Part shown: one piece after another, positions 54,245 to 63,999 of the stretch
Numbering within the stretch: the first letter of the stretch is position 1
How the letters are laid out: each line of letters starts with the position of its first letter
Virus record (IMG/VR): IMGVR_UViG_3300027704_003386
Strand: one strand, 5' to 3'
From: an uncultured virus (IMG/VR IMGVR_UViG_3300027704_003386)
Lineage: Duplodnaviria > Heunggongvirae > Uroviricota > Caudoviricetes
DNA length: 64,000 nt
Program-made: the position numbers and the translations under genes
The notes under the pieces: generated by a model
The model's input: only the letters and a program-made list of their open reading frames with translations
The model's database searches: none
What the model was told of the DNA's origin: nothing

Positions 54245-56002
54245 TTATCCTGCAAAAGTTGCTCCACCTGGCTCAACTGTAAAGTCAAGTACGATGTATT
54301 CTACTGTCTTAGCTGGTTGGATAAATATCTGACCTACTAATTGGTTTCTGTCAACTACGTCTGCAGTGTTGTTTGTGTCATCCATTACTACTCTGAAAGC
54401 GTAAAGACCTTGTCTTTGTACTACTGATTCTAAGTAAGGATTAACTTGCGATAAGAAAGCGTTTCTAGTTTGGATAGTATTCTGTTCGAATATTAAAGTT
54501 TTAGAAACATCTCCTACAAATTTCTTAAGTGAAATTAATAGTCTTCTCACGTTTACTCTATCAAGAGCTGATTTTTTCTTTTGTAAGGTCTTTTGACCGA
54601 ATACTGAAATACCAGATCCTGGGAACGTTGCAATTGGGTTAATGTTATTTGTATAAAGAGTATCTCTTTGAGTTCTCGTTAACTTTCTTTCTGCTTGTAT
54701 AACATTTCCAATACCTCCTCTAGTAAGACCTGCTGGTGCGAACCAAGGTGCTGCTGCTCCATCTGTAAAGGCATATACTCCTGGAATAACTGTCGAAGCA
54801 GGTATCCATACGTTTCTACCAGACTCAGATTGAGTCTGTAACCAAGGCCAGTAAGTAGCTGCATACGAACTATTAATTGTATTTGCTGCTGCTGTTGCAT
54901 TGGATACTGTTGCTCCATATTGCTCTACATCTACTACTGCGATACAATCTCCTCTTGTCTCTGCTAAAGAGATAATAGAATCAATCGGTGCTTTGTGAGT
55001 AGCGAAGTCATATATTAAACCTGGTGCTGATATAACGTTAAATACGTATTCGTCTTTGTTGTTTAATATTGAAATAGCATCTGTATAGTTAGGACCTGTT
55101 AATCCTTGAGTATCTAGATTAGATATATCTCCATTAAATTTCATTGCTCTATGTGAAGAAGCTTCTAAACCAGTTGCTCCAAAGAAAGAACCAGAAGATT
55201 TAGACGGTAGAGATCCTGAATAAGAAAAGCCATCAGATGCTACTCCTACTGTTAGTCCGTCATTACCTAAGTAATCTATTGTCTTGTTTGCTACTGAAGC
55301 GACTCTAATATAATTTGATCTTGTAACATATTCTCCTGATGATATTACAAAAGTAGCACCGTCTCCATCTGTTGTCTTGGATAGTGTTTGGTTACCAATT
55401 TGTCTTTCTATGTAATTAGAAGAATTCGGGTCTAAAGAAACGTTATTAAAAGTTTCTAGTACAATTTTATTTTTTGTATTATCGTCTCCACGTCTAATTA
55501 TAAGGCTAAATTCACCTACTTTAGTATTAACGTTAGATACTTCCCATCTTAGGTTGTCAGCTGAACCAGTTACTAATGAACCATCACTATTTTGGTGAGT
55601 TGTTCCTGTGCCTGCTTCTGCATTGTAAATTGTACCTCTACCTAGAGTAGTTAAGGTAAAAGGGTTAGTAATTGATGCTGTCTGTGCTGTTATAGTAGTA
55701 TTGGTTGCTGATGTAAATGAACCAGTTACTACTCTAGTAATTACCGCTGTGTTACCGCCTTGGTTAAAATAAGATTTAACTGCAATTGAAGTAAGGTATT
55801 CGTAGTTATTAGAGCCAGATTTAAGAGTCGTACCAAAAAGTCTTTGGTATTGACCGTATGATGTTACAAGTGTAGGAACTTCTACGGGTCCTTTTACCGA
55901 TGGACCAATGAACGCTGCTCCAGCTTCTACTGGGGATGGTGCGATAAATGATACATCGTTTTCGCGTGCTAGTACACCTGGTGAGATTAATGCTTCTGCC
56001 AT
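54245..56002 (-). CDS. contractile tail sheath protein
   Basis: SPGV..RE, YWPW, WFAPAG..RG, INPI, GQKT, RVNVRRL, FEQN and DDTNNT. Confidence 0.95.
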   Translation of the reverse strand: MAEALISPGVLARENDVSFIAPSPVEAGAAFIGPSVKGPVEVPTLVTSYGQYQRLFGTTLKSGSNNYEYLTSIAVKSYFNQGGNTAVITRVVTGSFTSATNTTITAQTASITNPFTLTTLGRGTIYNAEAGTGTTHQNSDGSLVTGSADNLRWEVSNVNTKVGEFSLIIRRGDDNTKNKIVLETFNNVSLDPNSSNYIERQIGNQTLSKTTDGDGATFVISSGEYVTRSNYIRVASVANKTIDYLGNDGLTVGVASDGFSYSGSLPSKSSGSFFGATGLEASSHRAMKFNGDISNLDTQGLTGPNYTDAISILNNKDEYVFNVISAPGLIYDFATHKAPIDSIISLAETRGDCIAVVDVEQYGATVSNATAAANTINSSYAATYWPWLQTQSESGRNVWIPASTVIPGVYAFTDGAAAPWFAPAGLTRGGIGNVIQAERKLTRTQRDTLYTNNINPIATFPGSGISVFGQKTLQKKKSALDRVNVRRLLISLKKFVGDVSKTLIFEQNTIQTRNAFLSQVNPYLESVVQRQGLYAFRVVMDDTNNTADVVDRNQLVGQIFIQPAKTVEYIVLDFTVEPGGATFAG

Positions 56003-56030
56003 GTTTTGTATGTTAAAATTATGAGTCTAT

Positions 56031-56038
56031 TATAAATA
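56031..56038 (-). promoter_or_regulatory. putative phage late promoter TATTTATA (representative copy)
   Basis: 15 exact intergenic copies found, including before the sheath, tube, chaperone and tape measure genes. Confidence 0.55.
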
Positions 56039-56116
56039 TCGTCTATATATCGAAAACAGCCTAAAATAACTAATGACTCTTTTACTAATATAAATATGTT
56101 TTAATTAGCGTAAAAG

Positions 56117-56368
56117 TTACTCAATAGTATTATATTTTCCATTCTCTAAATCTAACTGTCCTTTACCGTAAGTCGATTCTAGTAATTCAGCTAATTCCAC
56201 CTCTTTATTCTTTAAGTGCTTGTGTATATTTTCAGCTTGTTCTTTTCTTTCTTTTAGTGTAATTTCCTGTACGTATAGGTTACCGAAATCTTGTTGTAAT
56301 TTTCCTTGATCTATCTGTAATTGTTTGATTTGTGCTATTATTGGTTTACTTACTATAAAATCCGGCAT
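56117..56368 (-). CDS. small coiled-coil protein
   Basis: Heptads and YGKGQLDLENG end motif. Confidence 0.55.
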   Translation of the reverse strand: MPDFIVSKPIIAQIKQLQIDQGKLQQDFGNLYVQEITLKERKEQAENIHKHLKNKEVELAELLESTYGKGQLDLENGKYNTIE

Positions 56369-56407
56369 TGTTTATTAATTTAAATTGGTTTAAAACTCTT
56401 TTGTTAT

Positions 56408-57328
56408 TTAACATTGGTTGCTATGGTAGTGTTCTTCTTTATCTTCTGTTAAGATAGGATTGAACCAGAAGTCATATACTTTTGTTGCCCAGTGTTTATG
56501 TGCTTTTTCATCGTAGTGATGATCTTTTGCATGTTCAGAAATCTTCATATCTGGGTTTTGTTTCATATGTCCATAAAAAGACCTATCGTGATCTAAAAAT
56601 GCATAGTGGTATTTACTATCTTCTCTATACATCCTTAATAGGTTTATATAAGTTTTTTTAATCGGGTGGTGAGCATAGGCTTTAGGAATATAATCAAAAC
56701 CGGGTAAACTATTTATAGTATTTCCATGATACTTTTGTATATTTAAACTTTTTAGCCAGTGATTCATACTTACTATCTTCTGTAGCATAATATAGTCACT
56801 GAATAAGTTATCAAATAACATAACTTTTGCTTTTTTTAATTCACTTAAATTTAGTATATACTCAGGAGTTAAATTTTCTAAGCGATTAGTATCCAACGCA
56901 GGTGATAATGATATGAGTGAGTTATGTGGGTAAAGTTGATCCAGACCTTCAGGTTTACTTTCGTCTTTAGGAACGTATACTTCATACCTATCTACACCAC
57001 TCCAAAATAATATTACAATAATATCTTCTGGTAGATATTTCGGTTTCCTAGATTCTGCGTTTTTACCTTGTTCCGGTACTGAATCAAAATCTTTTTCTTC
57101 TCCTAGTATAACATTATCAATAATCCAATCTTGAGTGGTTCTGAAGATAGTGTCATTACTAGCGCCGGGTTGGGCAATATTTACTACCTCTTTTGTTTTC
57201 AATAGGTCTCCTAAGTGTTTAGGCCATGCTTTATGGTAACAATTTGGTTGATAAACATATTCCATTTCTGAGCCTGCAGTATGACTGCATCCATTTACTA
57301 ATAAAATCTTATTCTTAAAATCCTTCAT
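56408..57328 (-). CDS. SGNH-hydrolase-like hypothetical protein
   Basis: VNGCSHTAG, AWP..LG, NIAQPGASND, WSG.DR and C-terminal H...AH..W. Confidence 0.6.
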   Translation of the reverse strand: MKDFKNKILLVNGCSHTAGSEMEYVYQPNCYHKAWPKHLGDLLKTKEVVNIAQPGASNDTIFRTTQDWIIDNVILGEEKDFDSVPEQGKNAESRKPKYLPEDIIVILFWSGVDRYEVYVPKDESKPEGLDQLYPHNSLISLSPALDTNRLENLTPEYILNLSELKKAKVMLFDNLFSDYIMLQKIVSMNHWLKSLNIQKYHGNTINSLPGFDYIPKAYAHHPIKKTYINLLRMYREDSKYHYAFLDHDRSFYGHMKQNPDMKISEHAKDHHYDEKAHKHWATKVYDFWFNPILTEDKEEHYHSNQC

Positions 57329-60300
57329 TTATTCTATTACGATATTAGGTAGTTCAATAGGCGGTACTCTACTCTGTGTTAATGTTACCGGTCTATCCTT
57401 TTTACGGTACATTTCATGTATTGTAGGTTTAGTAATTACTTTGTCTACTTCTACTGAGGTTATATTACCCTGAAGTTCAATAGTATCTTGAAAACTTAAA
57501 TCTCCGTGTTCATTATCTCTTTCCCATTTAAGTATATCTTCCATTTTAGGAGTTTGTCCTTTATGTTTAAACTTATGATATAGGTTAAATTTAAATGTAC
57601 CGTCTGATTCTACTCTAACTTCCATACTACTTGCATAATTTGTTGCAATACTCCCCCAAGACATAATATCTTTTTCTGGTTCAAAATTTATTACCAGTTC
57701 AAAAGAGTTAAATATTCGGTAAAGACCATATATAACTGAAAAGTATTCATTAGAAAGGTAAAGACTCTGAGCTGAGTATGATGGAACTTCTTTAATAAGA
57801 GCAAAATTTAAGTTATCCTCTTGGGGAATATAATCTGGATGTTCAAAGTTTCCTAAGGTCTTAAAGGTGTAGCAATCTTGGATATCACCATGCCTTTGAG
57901 AATTACTTACTTTGCTTTCAGTAAATGCATTGAGGATTTCCATCCAGATATGAAACATTTTAACTCTTATAAATCTTGTCATCTTAGTATTACGGTAACC
58001 TGTGGTATACCAATCCCCTAAAAATTGATTATCCCATACTTTCTCTTTCCAAGCTATATCGTAAATTGCAAACCTTTCCTGTAAGTCACTTAAAGCACTT
58101 GGGCCACATCCCATACCAGGTGATAGTTCATGTATACTGTTTCTTGTATTATATATTAGTATATTACTATGGTAGTAGTCAATGTACTCCTCTGTTGGGA
58201 AACCAATTAACCAGTTTACATGTGTAAATATAGTGCCGGTATTGTAAGTATCCCTAAGGTTATTTTCTATTTCCCATATTTGTATTTTCTTACGCATATC
58301 GTTTAAGACCTTCTGGCTGCCTGATTCTACTCCGTAGCTAAGTGCTGTACATCCAGATTTTGCTACCGTATCTAAAAACTCTTTATCCATTCTACCGTCA
58401 CATCTGCTATAGCTATTCCACCCTATATTTAAATTATTAGCTATAATAAGATCGACTAACTGTCTAAAACTTTTAATATTTCCATTAACAAGACTGTCGA
58501 CGAACCAAAAACGTTTAACACCGTAGTTCTCTACGTGGTGTTTCATTTCTTCAACTGTACGTTCTGGTGCCATTGATCTAAATTTCCAGAAATAAGTCTC
58601 TGCGCAGAAGCTACATTGAGCAACGCATCCTCTTGAGGTTTCTATGCTAATACCGTCTTGATGTAGGTATGAAGTAAGGTCATAATCTTGAAAATCAGCA
58701 TAAGCTTGATCATCAAGGCTTAGTCTACTATCTGTGCTACCTATAGTTTTACCCATTAGTGGAAGGGTCTCTTTAAATACTTCATTATCTAAAAATTCTA
58801 AGAAACTTTCTTCTGATTCTCCTTTAAAGAAGTAACTAACGTACTTAGCAAATTGAGTTTTCATCATGTTCTCTTCTGTGGCTACTGCGGGTCCTCCTGC
58901 TATAATAATGACGTCTGGGTCTAATTCTTTTAATTTTTCTATTAGTACTAAACTAGCATTGGCATTAGTAGTATATAGACTAAGGCCTATCATAGTAGGT
59001 TTATCAGAAAGCATTTTAACTGCTGCTGCGTGTAGGTACTCCTCAATTTCTTTTAATAGGTATTCATTAAAAAACCATTTGTCTTCCCAAAAGAAAAACT
59101 TCTCTGAAGCCCAGTAGTCTTGACCTGTTCTTTTGAGTAAGTTATGATATAACTGTACATTTAAGTCATATACCTTACATGCATACCCTCCTTTTCTTGC
59201 AGCTCCTACAATTTTAGAGAGTCCATATGGAGGAAAAATTACTCCCCAGGATGGGCAGATTGTAAAGACTAACCTTTCTTTACCGTTGCTTGGAGTAAAA
59301 TCTCTGAGAGCTACAGGTTCTTCAAAATCGTGGTACTTTACATTACCGGGACGTCCAATATGAGCTGATGCATGCCCTAGAGAATCTTTTTTCTCTTTAT
59401 CAACCTTCATTATGTGTTTAACTATAAGTTGATCCCTGTCTCCAGATAAATTTTCTAAAGCATTTGTTCTTTTTAGTTCGTTTTCATCAAAGACTGGTTC
59501 ATCTAGATATTCAGATTCGGGAGTAAACCCTGTTAATATTGTATCATGTGGTAGATGTCTTTGTAGTATATAGAAACTTTCTTTTAATTTTTTTCTTGTT
59601 ACAAAGGTATTAGTAAAATCTGTAGCATAAATATTAGAAATATTAATAAATGCATTTTTACTTTCAATCTTACTAGTTAATTCTGTCGGGTCGTTAATTA
59701 GGTCGATCGTAGTAAATTCAACATTTGCTGCCCTAAAGGCTTTAAGGTACTCTACTGTCTTCTCTATACCTCCAAAATGTTTATAACTTTCGTTAATGTT
59801 ATTATGGAAATCCTCAGTGAATGTTTCTTCTGGTAAGTATGCGAATACTTTCTTACCTGATATTTGAAATTGAGACCTATGTTCAAAAGTTCTAATTAGT
59901 TCCTCTATATCTGTTTCAGTAGAATTCTTTATTAATTTAATCCATTCTAAACTTTTACTGTTAAAATCGTAGATAATTAATTTTCCGTTTTCCCTTAAGA
60001 GGTTACTTTTAAATGGTTCTAAAAATTTTAATCCTGCTGCTGGAAGTACAATGGTATTGTAAGTCCTATCTGGATGTTTATCAGATAGTACCATATTCTC
60101 TGAGTTTGTTAACCAGATTTGATCTTTAACATTAGACCCTAGAGCAAGAAGTTTTCTCTGGTTGATATTAAGTGAAGGATCTGTAGTCTTATTATTTAAG
60201 CATTCTAAAAATTTATCTGAATTGCTTTCAGGGTAGTAGTACGTTCTTTTATTTCTTATTTTTTGGGACCAATTCAGTACGTCAAAGTTATTTTTTATAC

Positions 60301-60865
60301 TCTCACTCAGGATATTCCATCCCTGTTTGGAATGGGACTGTTTTTCTTCTTTACCTGTTCCCTTGATCCACAGAGGAGTGTAGTCGTCATGAAAATTCTC
60401 TACACTTCTTTGTATAACAGGAAGTATACTGCTGTTCATACCCCATCCTCCGTAAAGAGGTTTATTACTTTTAGACCAATTCTCTGTATTAACTAACACA
60501 AATTGATGGTGTATTTCATACCAATGCTCTTTCCACTCTAAGATATGGCCTGCAACCATATAATTTGGATTATTGTTTATTTCATTATTTATATCAAATA
60601 TTATAGTACTATCAAAAATTCTTGCTCCTGCTGCTATAAATAAGATATGGTCATACTTTTCATGTAGTCTCTGGAGTCCTATATCAATGCTTTGGTGAAT
60701 TTCAATTTTAAAGGGAGTACTACAAATTGTATTCAGTCTTTGGATATAGAACTTAGTAAAATCAACCATTTTATCAGCTAGATCAAAATTAGTTAATGTA
60801 TCTGCAGGGAAGATACAAATTCCTATCTTGTTTGTGTTTTCAAATGTATCTTTAATATAGTCCAT
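57329..60865 (-). CDS. B12-binding radical SAM enzyme fused to a large unknown N-terminal region
   Basis: PPYGL, IGLSLY and IIAGGP (B12 domain); GESE; ETSRGCVAQCSFC, FVDS, GVESGSQKVL..MRK and LIGFP.E. Confidence 0.88.
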   Translation of the reverse strand: MDYIKDTFENTNKIGICIFPADTLTNFDLADKMVDFTKFYIQRLNTICSTPFKIEIHQSIDIGLQRLHEKYDHILFIAAGARIFDSTIIFDINNEINNNPNYMVAGHILEWKEHWYEIHHQFVLVNTENWSKSNKPLYGGWGMNSSILPVIQRSVENFHDDYTPLWIKGTGKEEKQSHSKQGWNILSESIKNNFDVLNWSQKIRNKRTYYYPESNSDKFLECLNNKTTDPSLNINQRKLLALGSNVKDQIWLTNSENMVLSDKHPDRTYNTIVLPAAGLKFLEPFKSNLLRENGKLIIYDFNSKSLEWIKLIKNSTETDIEELIRTFEHRSQFQISGKKVFAYLPEETFTEDFHNNINESYKHFGGIEKTVEYLKAFRAANVEFTTIDLINDPTELTSKIESKNAFINISNIYATDFTNTFVTRKKLKESFYILQRHLPHDTILTGFTPESEYLDEPVFDENELKRTNALENLSGDRDQLIVKHIMKVDKEKKDSLGHASAHIGRPGNVKYHDFEEPVALRDFTPSNGKERLVFTICPSWGVIFPPYGLSKIVGAARKGGYACKVYDLNVQLYHNLLKRTGQDYWASEKFFFWEDKWFFNEYLLKEIEEYLHAAAVKMLSDKPTMIGLSLYTTNANASLVLIEKLKELDPDVIIIAGGPAVATEENMMKTQFAKYVSYFFKGESEESFLEFLDNEVFKETLPLMGKTIGSTDSRLSLDDQAYADFQDYDLTSYLHQDGISIETSRGCVAQCSFCAETYFWKFRSMAPERTVEEMKHHVENYGVKRFWFVDSLVNGNIKSFRQLVDLIIANNLNIGWNSYSRCDGRMDKEFLDTVAKSGCTALSYGVESGSQKVLNDMRKKIQIWEIENNLRDTYNTGTIFTHVNWLIGFPTEEYIDYYHSNILIYNTRNSIHELSPGMGCGPSALSDLQERFAIYDIAWKEKVWDNQFLGDWYTTGYRNTKMTRFIRVKMFHIWMEILNAFTESKVSNSQRHGDIQDCYTFKTLGNFEHPDYIPQEDNLNFALIKEVPSYSAQSLYLSNEYFSVIYGLYRIFNSFELVINFEPEKDIMSWGSIATNYASSMEVRVESDGTFKFNLYHKFKHKGQTPKMEDILKWERDNEHGDLSFQDTIELQGNITSVEVDKVITKPTIHEMYRKKDRPVTLTQSRVPPIELPNIVIE

Positions 60866-61529
60866 TGAATGTTGTATTTACAGCTTCTGCCATAATATTA
60901 GGATTAACCTCCCCATGGAGTATTAAGTGTATTCTTTCTTGGTCTGTATTATTATATACTGCGTGTATGTTACCTATATCGGGGAATACACCTCTTCCTT
61001 TTTTAAAAGGTACAACTCCATAGTCTTCAAATACAAACTCACATCCTTCAGGATTGTTTAAAGCAATATTAAAAGGGCCGAATATTCTAGTTTTACCGTC
61101 TTTATGTGGCATAATGTATCCTCCTGGTGCTAATTTCATTAACCTTACTCTTTCGTATGTTATAAAATTTAAGTTTTTAATAAACTGTGTTATTTTTGGT
61201 ACATATTTACAGACATCTGTCCAAGTATAATTTGCCTCCTCTATACTTTTAAATCCATATCTATCATAGTTCTCAGTTTTATCATAAGATATACCGTGTA
61301 GTGTACAAGATTCCCAACCTTGATGTGAGTAAGAACCTTTTGAATCTTTTGCTCTATGGCTTGTCCAGAATTTACTAGGTAGCTCTATTGCTTCCTTTTC
61401 TAAAACATCAAAGTCATCTTTGAAATCTAAAAAAGCATAGGGCCAGTCTGATTCCCATACATTATTAGGTATATGTTCAGGTCTCCATATTTTTGTATGG
61501 TTTTCAGTGTAGAATTTACTTCGGATCAT
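60852..61529 (-). CDS. 2OG-Fe(II) oxygenase, Asp/Asn beta-hydroxylase-like
   Basis: RVRLMKLAPGG.I.PHKD, HAVYN and RIHL. Confidence 0.85.
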   Translation of the reverse strand: MIRSKFYTENHTKIWRPEHIPNNVWESDWPYAFLDFKDDFDVLEKEAIELPSKFWTSHRAKDSKGSYSHQGWESCTLHGISYDKTENYDRYGFKSIEEANYTWTDVCKYVPKITQFIKNLNFITYERVRLMKLAPGGYIMPHKDGKTRIFGPFNIALNNPEGCEFVFEDYGVVPFKKGRGVFPDIGNIHAVYNNTDQERIHLILHGEVNPNIMAEAVNTTFNGLY

Positions 61530-62547
61530 ATAAGTTAATTTGTTTAATACCGGTTACTTTAGTCCAAACCTCTTTGTTCCATTTTGTTTTAATATTTTCA
61601 CTATCATCTAAAGCCGGGTAAGAGGGGCCTACAGGTAAATGCCATTTTTTAATATCTGGTTCATAATCGGTAAAGGTATTATCTAATATAATACGGCCTA
61701 ACTTATATCTACCTAAAGATAATTTATAATAGTCTTCAATTGGTACTTTATCCTGTACTGATGGTTTTAATGTGAGGTACCATGTATAAAAACTCTCTCT
61801 TATAGAGTCCGACATATCTGGGCCAAAGTTTAACCAAGTCTCTGGAGCGAATCTTTCTTGAATTCTTATTTCATCTCGATCAATAACATCCCAGTCGTTT
61901 TCAGGTGCTACTGATAAGTAGTCTTTACCTAATGTGTTGTAACCTGTATAGAGTCCTCCCCATTCGAAACTATCACCTAAAAATAACTTATCTAGTAGGG
62001 TAACTGGTTCAAACTTACCTACTGGTAAAAAATCATATATGCAACTAAAGTTAGGAAATTTATGTTCATCACTATGAATAGCTGTTTCAATCATATGAAT
62101 AAACTCATTTAAATTAAGAAAAGCTTCGTGTAGTTCCATACTCCAGTAGTAGTAGACTCCACTAACTTCATCTTTGCCTTTTTCTTGTAGTTCCTCTATC
62201 CTATCTCCGTATACCTCAAACTCTTCATGTAAAAAGTTTAAAACCGTATTATCCAGTTCTTCTACGTTTGTAAATATAGGTAATTTACTATCGTATTCTG
62301 AATTTAGAGTTGTGTAGTTCTTATTAATGAATACTAGTATTTCATTAATTTTTTCCATTAGTTTACCTATATTATCAAAATCGTTATTGGTAATTCTAGT
62401 TTTTATTTCTAAATCTTCCTCTAATGATTCTTGAGTCATTTTAAACCATCTATCCACAATAGGGTTATTTGGGAATAGGTAGTATGATAATATTAATGGA
62501 GAATTATCTTCGGTTTTAAATTTTATTTTTATAATCCTATTTGGCAT
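61516..62547 (-). CDS. hypothetical protein of the radical-SAM cluster
   Basis: LNFLHEEFE, LNEFIHMIE and GYNTLGKD (possible His/Glu metal ligands). Confidence 0.5.
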   Translation of the reverse strand: MPNRIIKIKFKTEDNSPLILSYYLFPNNPIVDRWFKMTQESLEEDLEIKTRITNNDFDNIGKLMEKINEILVFINKNYTTLNSEYDSKLPIFTNVEELDNTVLNFLHEEFEVYGDRIEELQEKGKDEVSGVYYYWSMELHEAFLNLNEFIHMIETAIHSDEHKFPNFSCIYDFLPVGKFEPVTLLDKLFLGDSFEWGGLYTGYNTLGKDYLSVAPENDWDVIDRDEIRIQERFAPETWLNFGPDMSDSIRESFYTWYLTLKPSVQDKVPIEDYYKLSLGRYKLGRIILDNTFTDYEPDIKKWHLPVGPSYPALDDSENIKTKWNKEVWTKVTGIKQINLYDPK

Positions 62548-62558
62548 AACTTTTAATT

Positions 62559-63548
62559 TTATTTAAGTTCTGAATGAAGTTTTGATTTTGAAATAAACAT
62601 ATCTGTAGCACAATGGCATATGTCTACATTACAGGTGACAGCTTTAGTTGGCCATTGGACCTCTTGAGGGTTATCTAAATGACCTATGATGCCACCTACT
62701 ATACAGTTTCCTCGTTCTATATGACCAGTAGTACCTATAAAAAGACTTTCTAGACCTATATTACATTTCCAGCCATTAAAGTTTGTAAGTCCTTGATTTA
62801 TCCATTCAACAGGACTAATATTATCAGTATCATAAGCTGTATCATTTTCATCAATTAAAAGAGCTTTCATCGCTGGACTAGAATCTACCTGAGTTTCCAT
62901 TCTTCCAAACTGACTGCTTTTAATATCTCCAAACCATTCTAACTGCTCCGGTGAGTAATCAAAAGCATATTTAGCTACCCCTTTATATGGAGTAACTTTT
63001 ACACTTTCATAAGAAATTGTAGGGTTTTTTGATAATCTTTTAATAAGAGCTTTTGATTTATCCCACAGTTTAGGGTCTGCATGCATCATAACTCTAACGG
63101 GTGAAGTACTTATAGGGTTTGTAGTTAATACTTTTTCTATAAATTCTTGATCGTTAGTATACTCCGGATGGTAAGAGTAAGCAATATAATTTAAGTCATG
63201 TGCTATTTTTTCCATATACTTAACGGGTTTTACTCCGTTAGTGGTTATACCCACGGTGTTTCCTGAGTCTTTAATCATTCGAATAAATTCTGGAAAGAAA
63301 GGAGACATGGTTGGTTCTCCTCCGGAAACACTCCAATGTGAAGATTTATACCTGTTTATTACCGTCCGAATAAACTCTTTAGCATTTAGCCAATCGTAGT
63401 TATGGTTAGTCCCTGCATAAAGTGATGGAAGGCAGTAGGTACATGCATTACTACATATATTATTCATCACCCAAGTGACCTGGAGGGTGCTAGGTTCTAA
63501 ATTAACAATCTTCTTAAGGGGCTGTAATGCTGATTCTGTGCTTTTCAT
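62559..63548 (-). CDS. radical SAM protein with C-terminal SPASM/twitch-like Cys cluster
   Basis: CSNACTYC, SGGEPT, TTNG, SYH; C-terminal W.C..G...GNC...C....CHC..D. Confidence 0.9.
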   Translation of the reverse strand: MKSTESALQPLKKIVNLEPSTLQVTWVMNNICSNACTYCLPSLYAGTNHNYDWLNAKEFIRTVINRYKSSHWSVSGGEPTMSPFFPEFIRMIKDSGNTVGITTNGVKPVKYMEKIAHDLNYIAYSYHPEYTNDQEFIEKVLTTNPISTSPVRVMMHADPKLWDKSKALIKRLSKNPTISYESVKVTPYKGVAKYAFDYSPEQLEWFGDIKSSQFGRMETQVDSSPAMKALLIDENDTAYDTDNISPVEWINQGLTNFNGWKCNIGLESLFIGTTGHIERGNCIVGGIIGHLDNPQEVQWPTKAVTCNVDICHCATDMFISKSKLHSELK

Positions 63549-63558
63549 ATATTATATA

Positions 63559-63999
63559 TTAAGACTGTGGGCCGTGATCAACTTCTCTTCTTGCATCTTT
63601 AAATATTCCCATATCATCTAATTCTTTAAATGCTTCTTTTCTATTTAAATTTCTTAATTTATCTATATTTTCCAAGTAGTCATTAAATTGATTTAATAAG
63701 TGAGAATGGTCTTCCTCATTCATTAAAGCACAAAGTCCTTTTATACTATCTAAATTAATCCTATCTCCATAATCTAAGATAAAATTTTCTAATTTCCTAG
63801 TAATTTGTCTTTTTACTCTAGGAGGAAATATTTTTGGAGATAAGTATTGAGGGTAATGTAGTATACCTGTATGTATAATATCAGCTATATTATCTTTACT
63901 TTTGTAATCTGCGATCCTCGGTAAATCCATATCTAAAAGCCACTTAACAAACTCTGGTATATAGTATATATTTAAAGCTTGGACTGTGTATAATACTTT
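63559..63999 (-). CDS. C-terminal part of a probable radical SAM protein (start lies beyond the window)
   Basis: Frame stays open to the edge (KVLYTVQALNIYYIPEF...); the TVQ..N, P.YL and D..R tail resembles phage twitch-type radical SAM C-termini. Confidence 0.5.
   Translation of the reverse strand, partial: KVLYTVQALNIYYIPEFVKWLLDMDLPRIADYKSKDNIADIIHTGILHYPQYLSPKIFPPRVKRQITRKLENFILDYGDRINLDSIKGLCALMNEEDHSHLLNQFNDYLENIDKLRNLNRKEAFKELDDMGIFKDARREVDHGPQS

Noticed and set aside
1929..54918. Nested same-strand alternative-frame ORFs (1929-2165, 7112-7351, 10866-11048, 22694-23050, 30266-30493, 32577-32795, 38091-38417, 54679-54918)
   Set aside because: They lie inside or over conserved genes with no protein-like signature or initiation motif.
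9..60496. Plus-strand ORFs in the track (e.g. 9-227, 7564-7818, 25229-25633, 36514-36990, 49895-50218)
   Set aside because: All lie antisense to well-supported minus-strand genes and have no recognisable motifs; treated as shadow ORFs.
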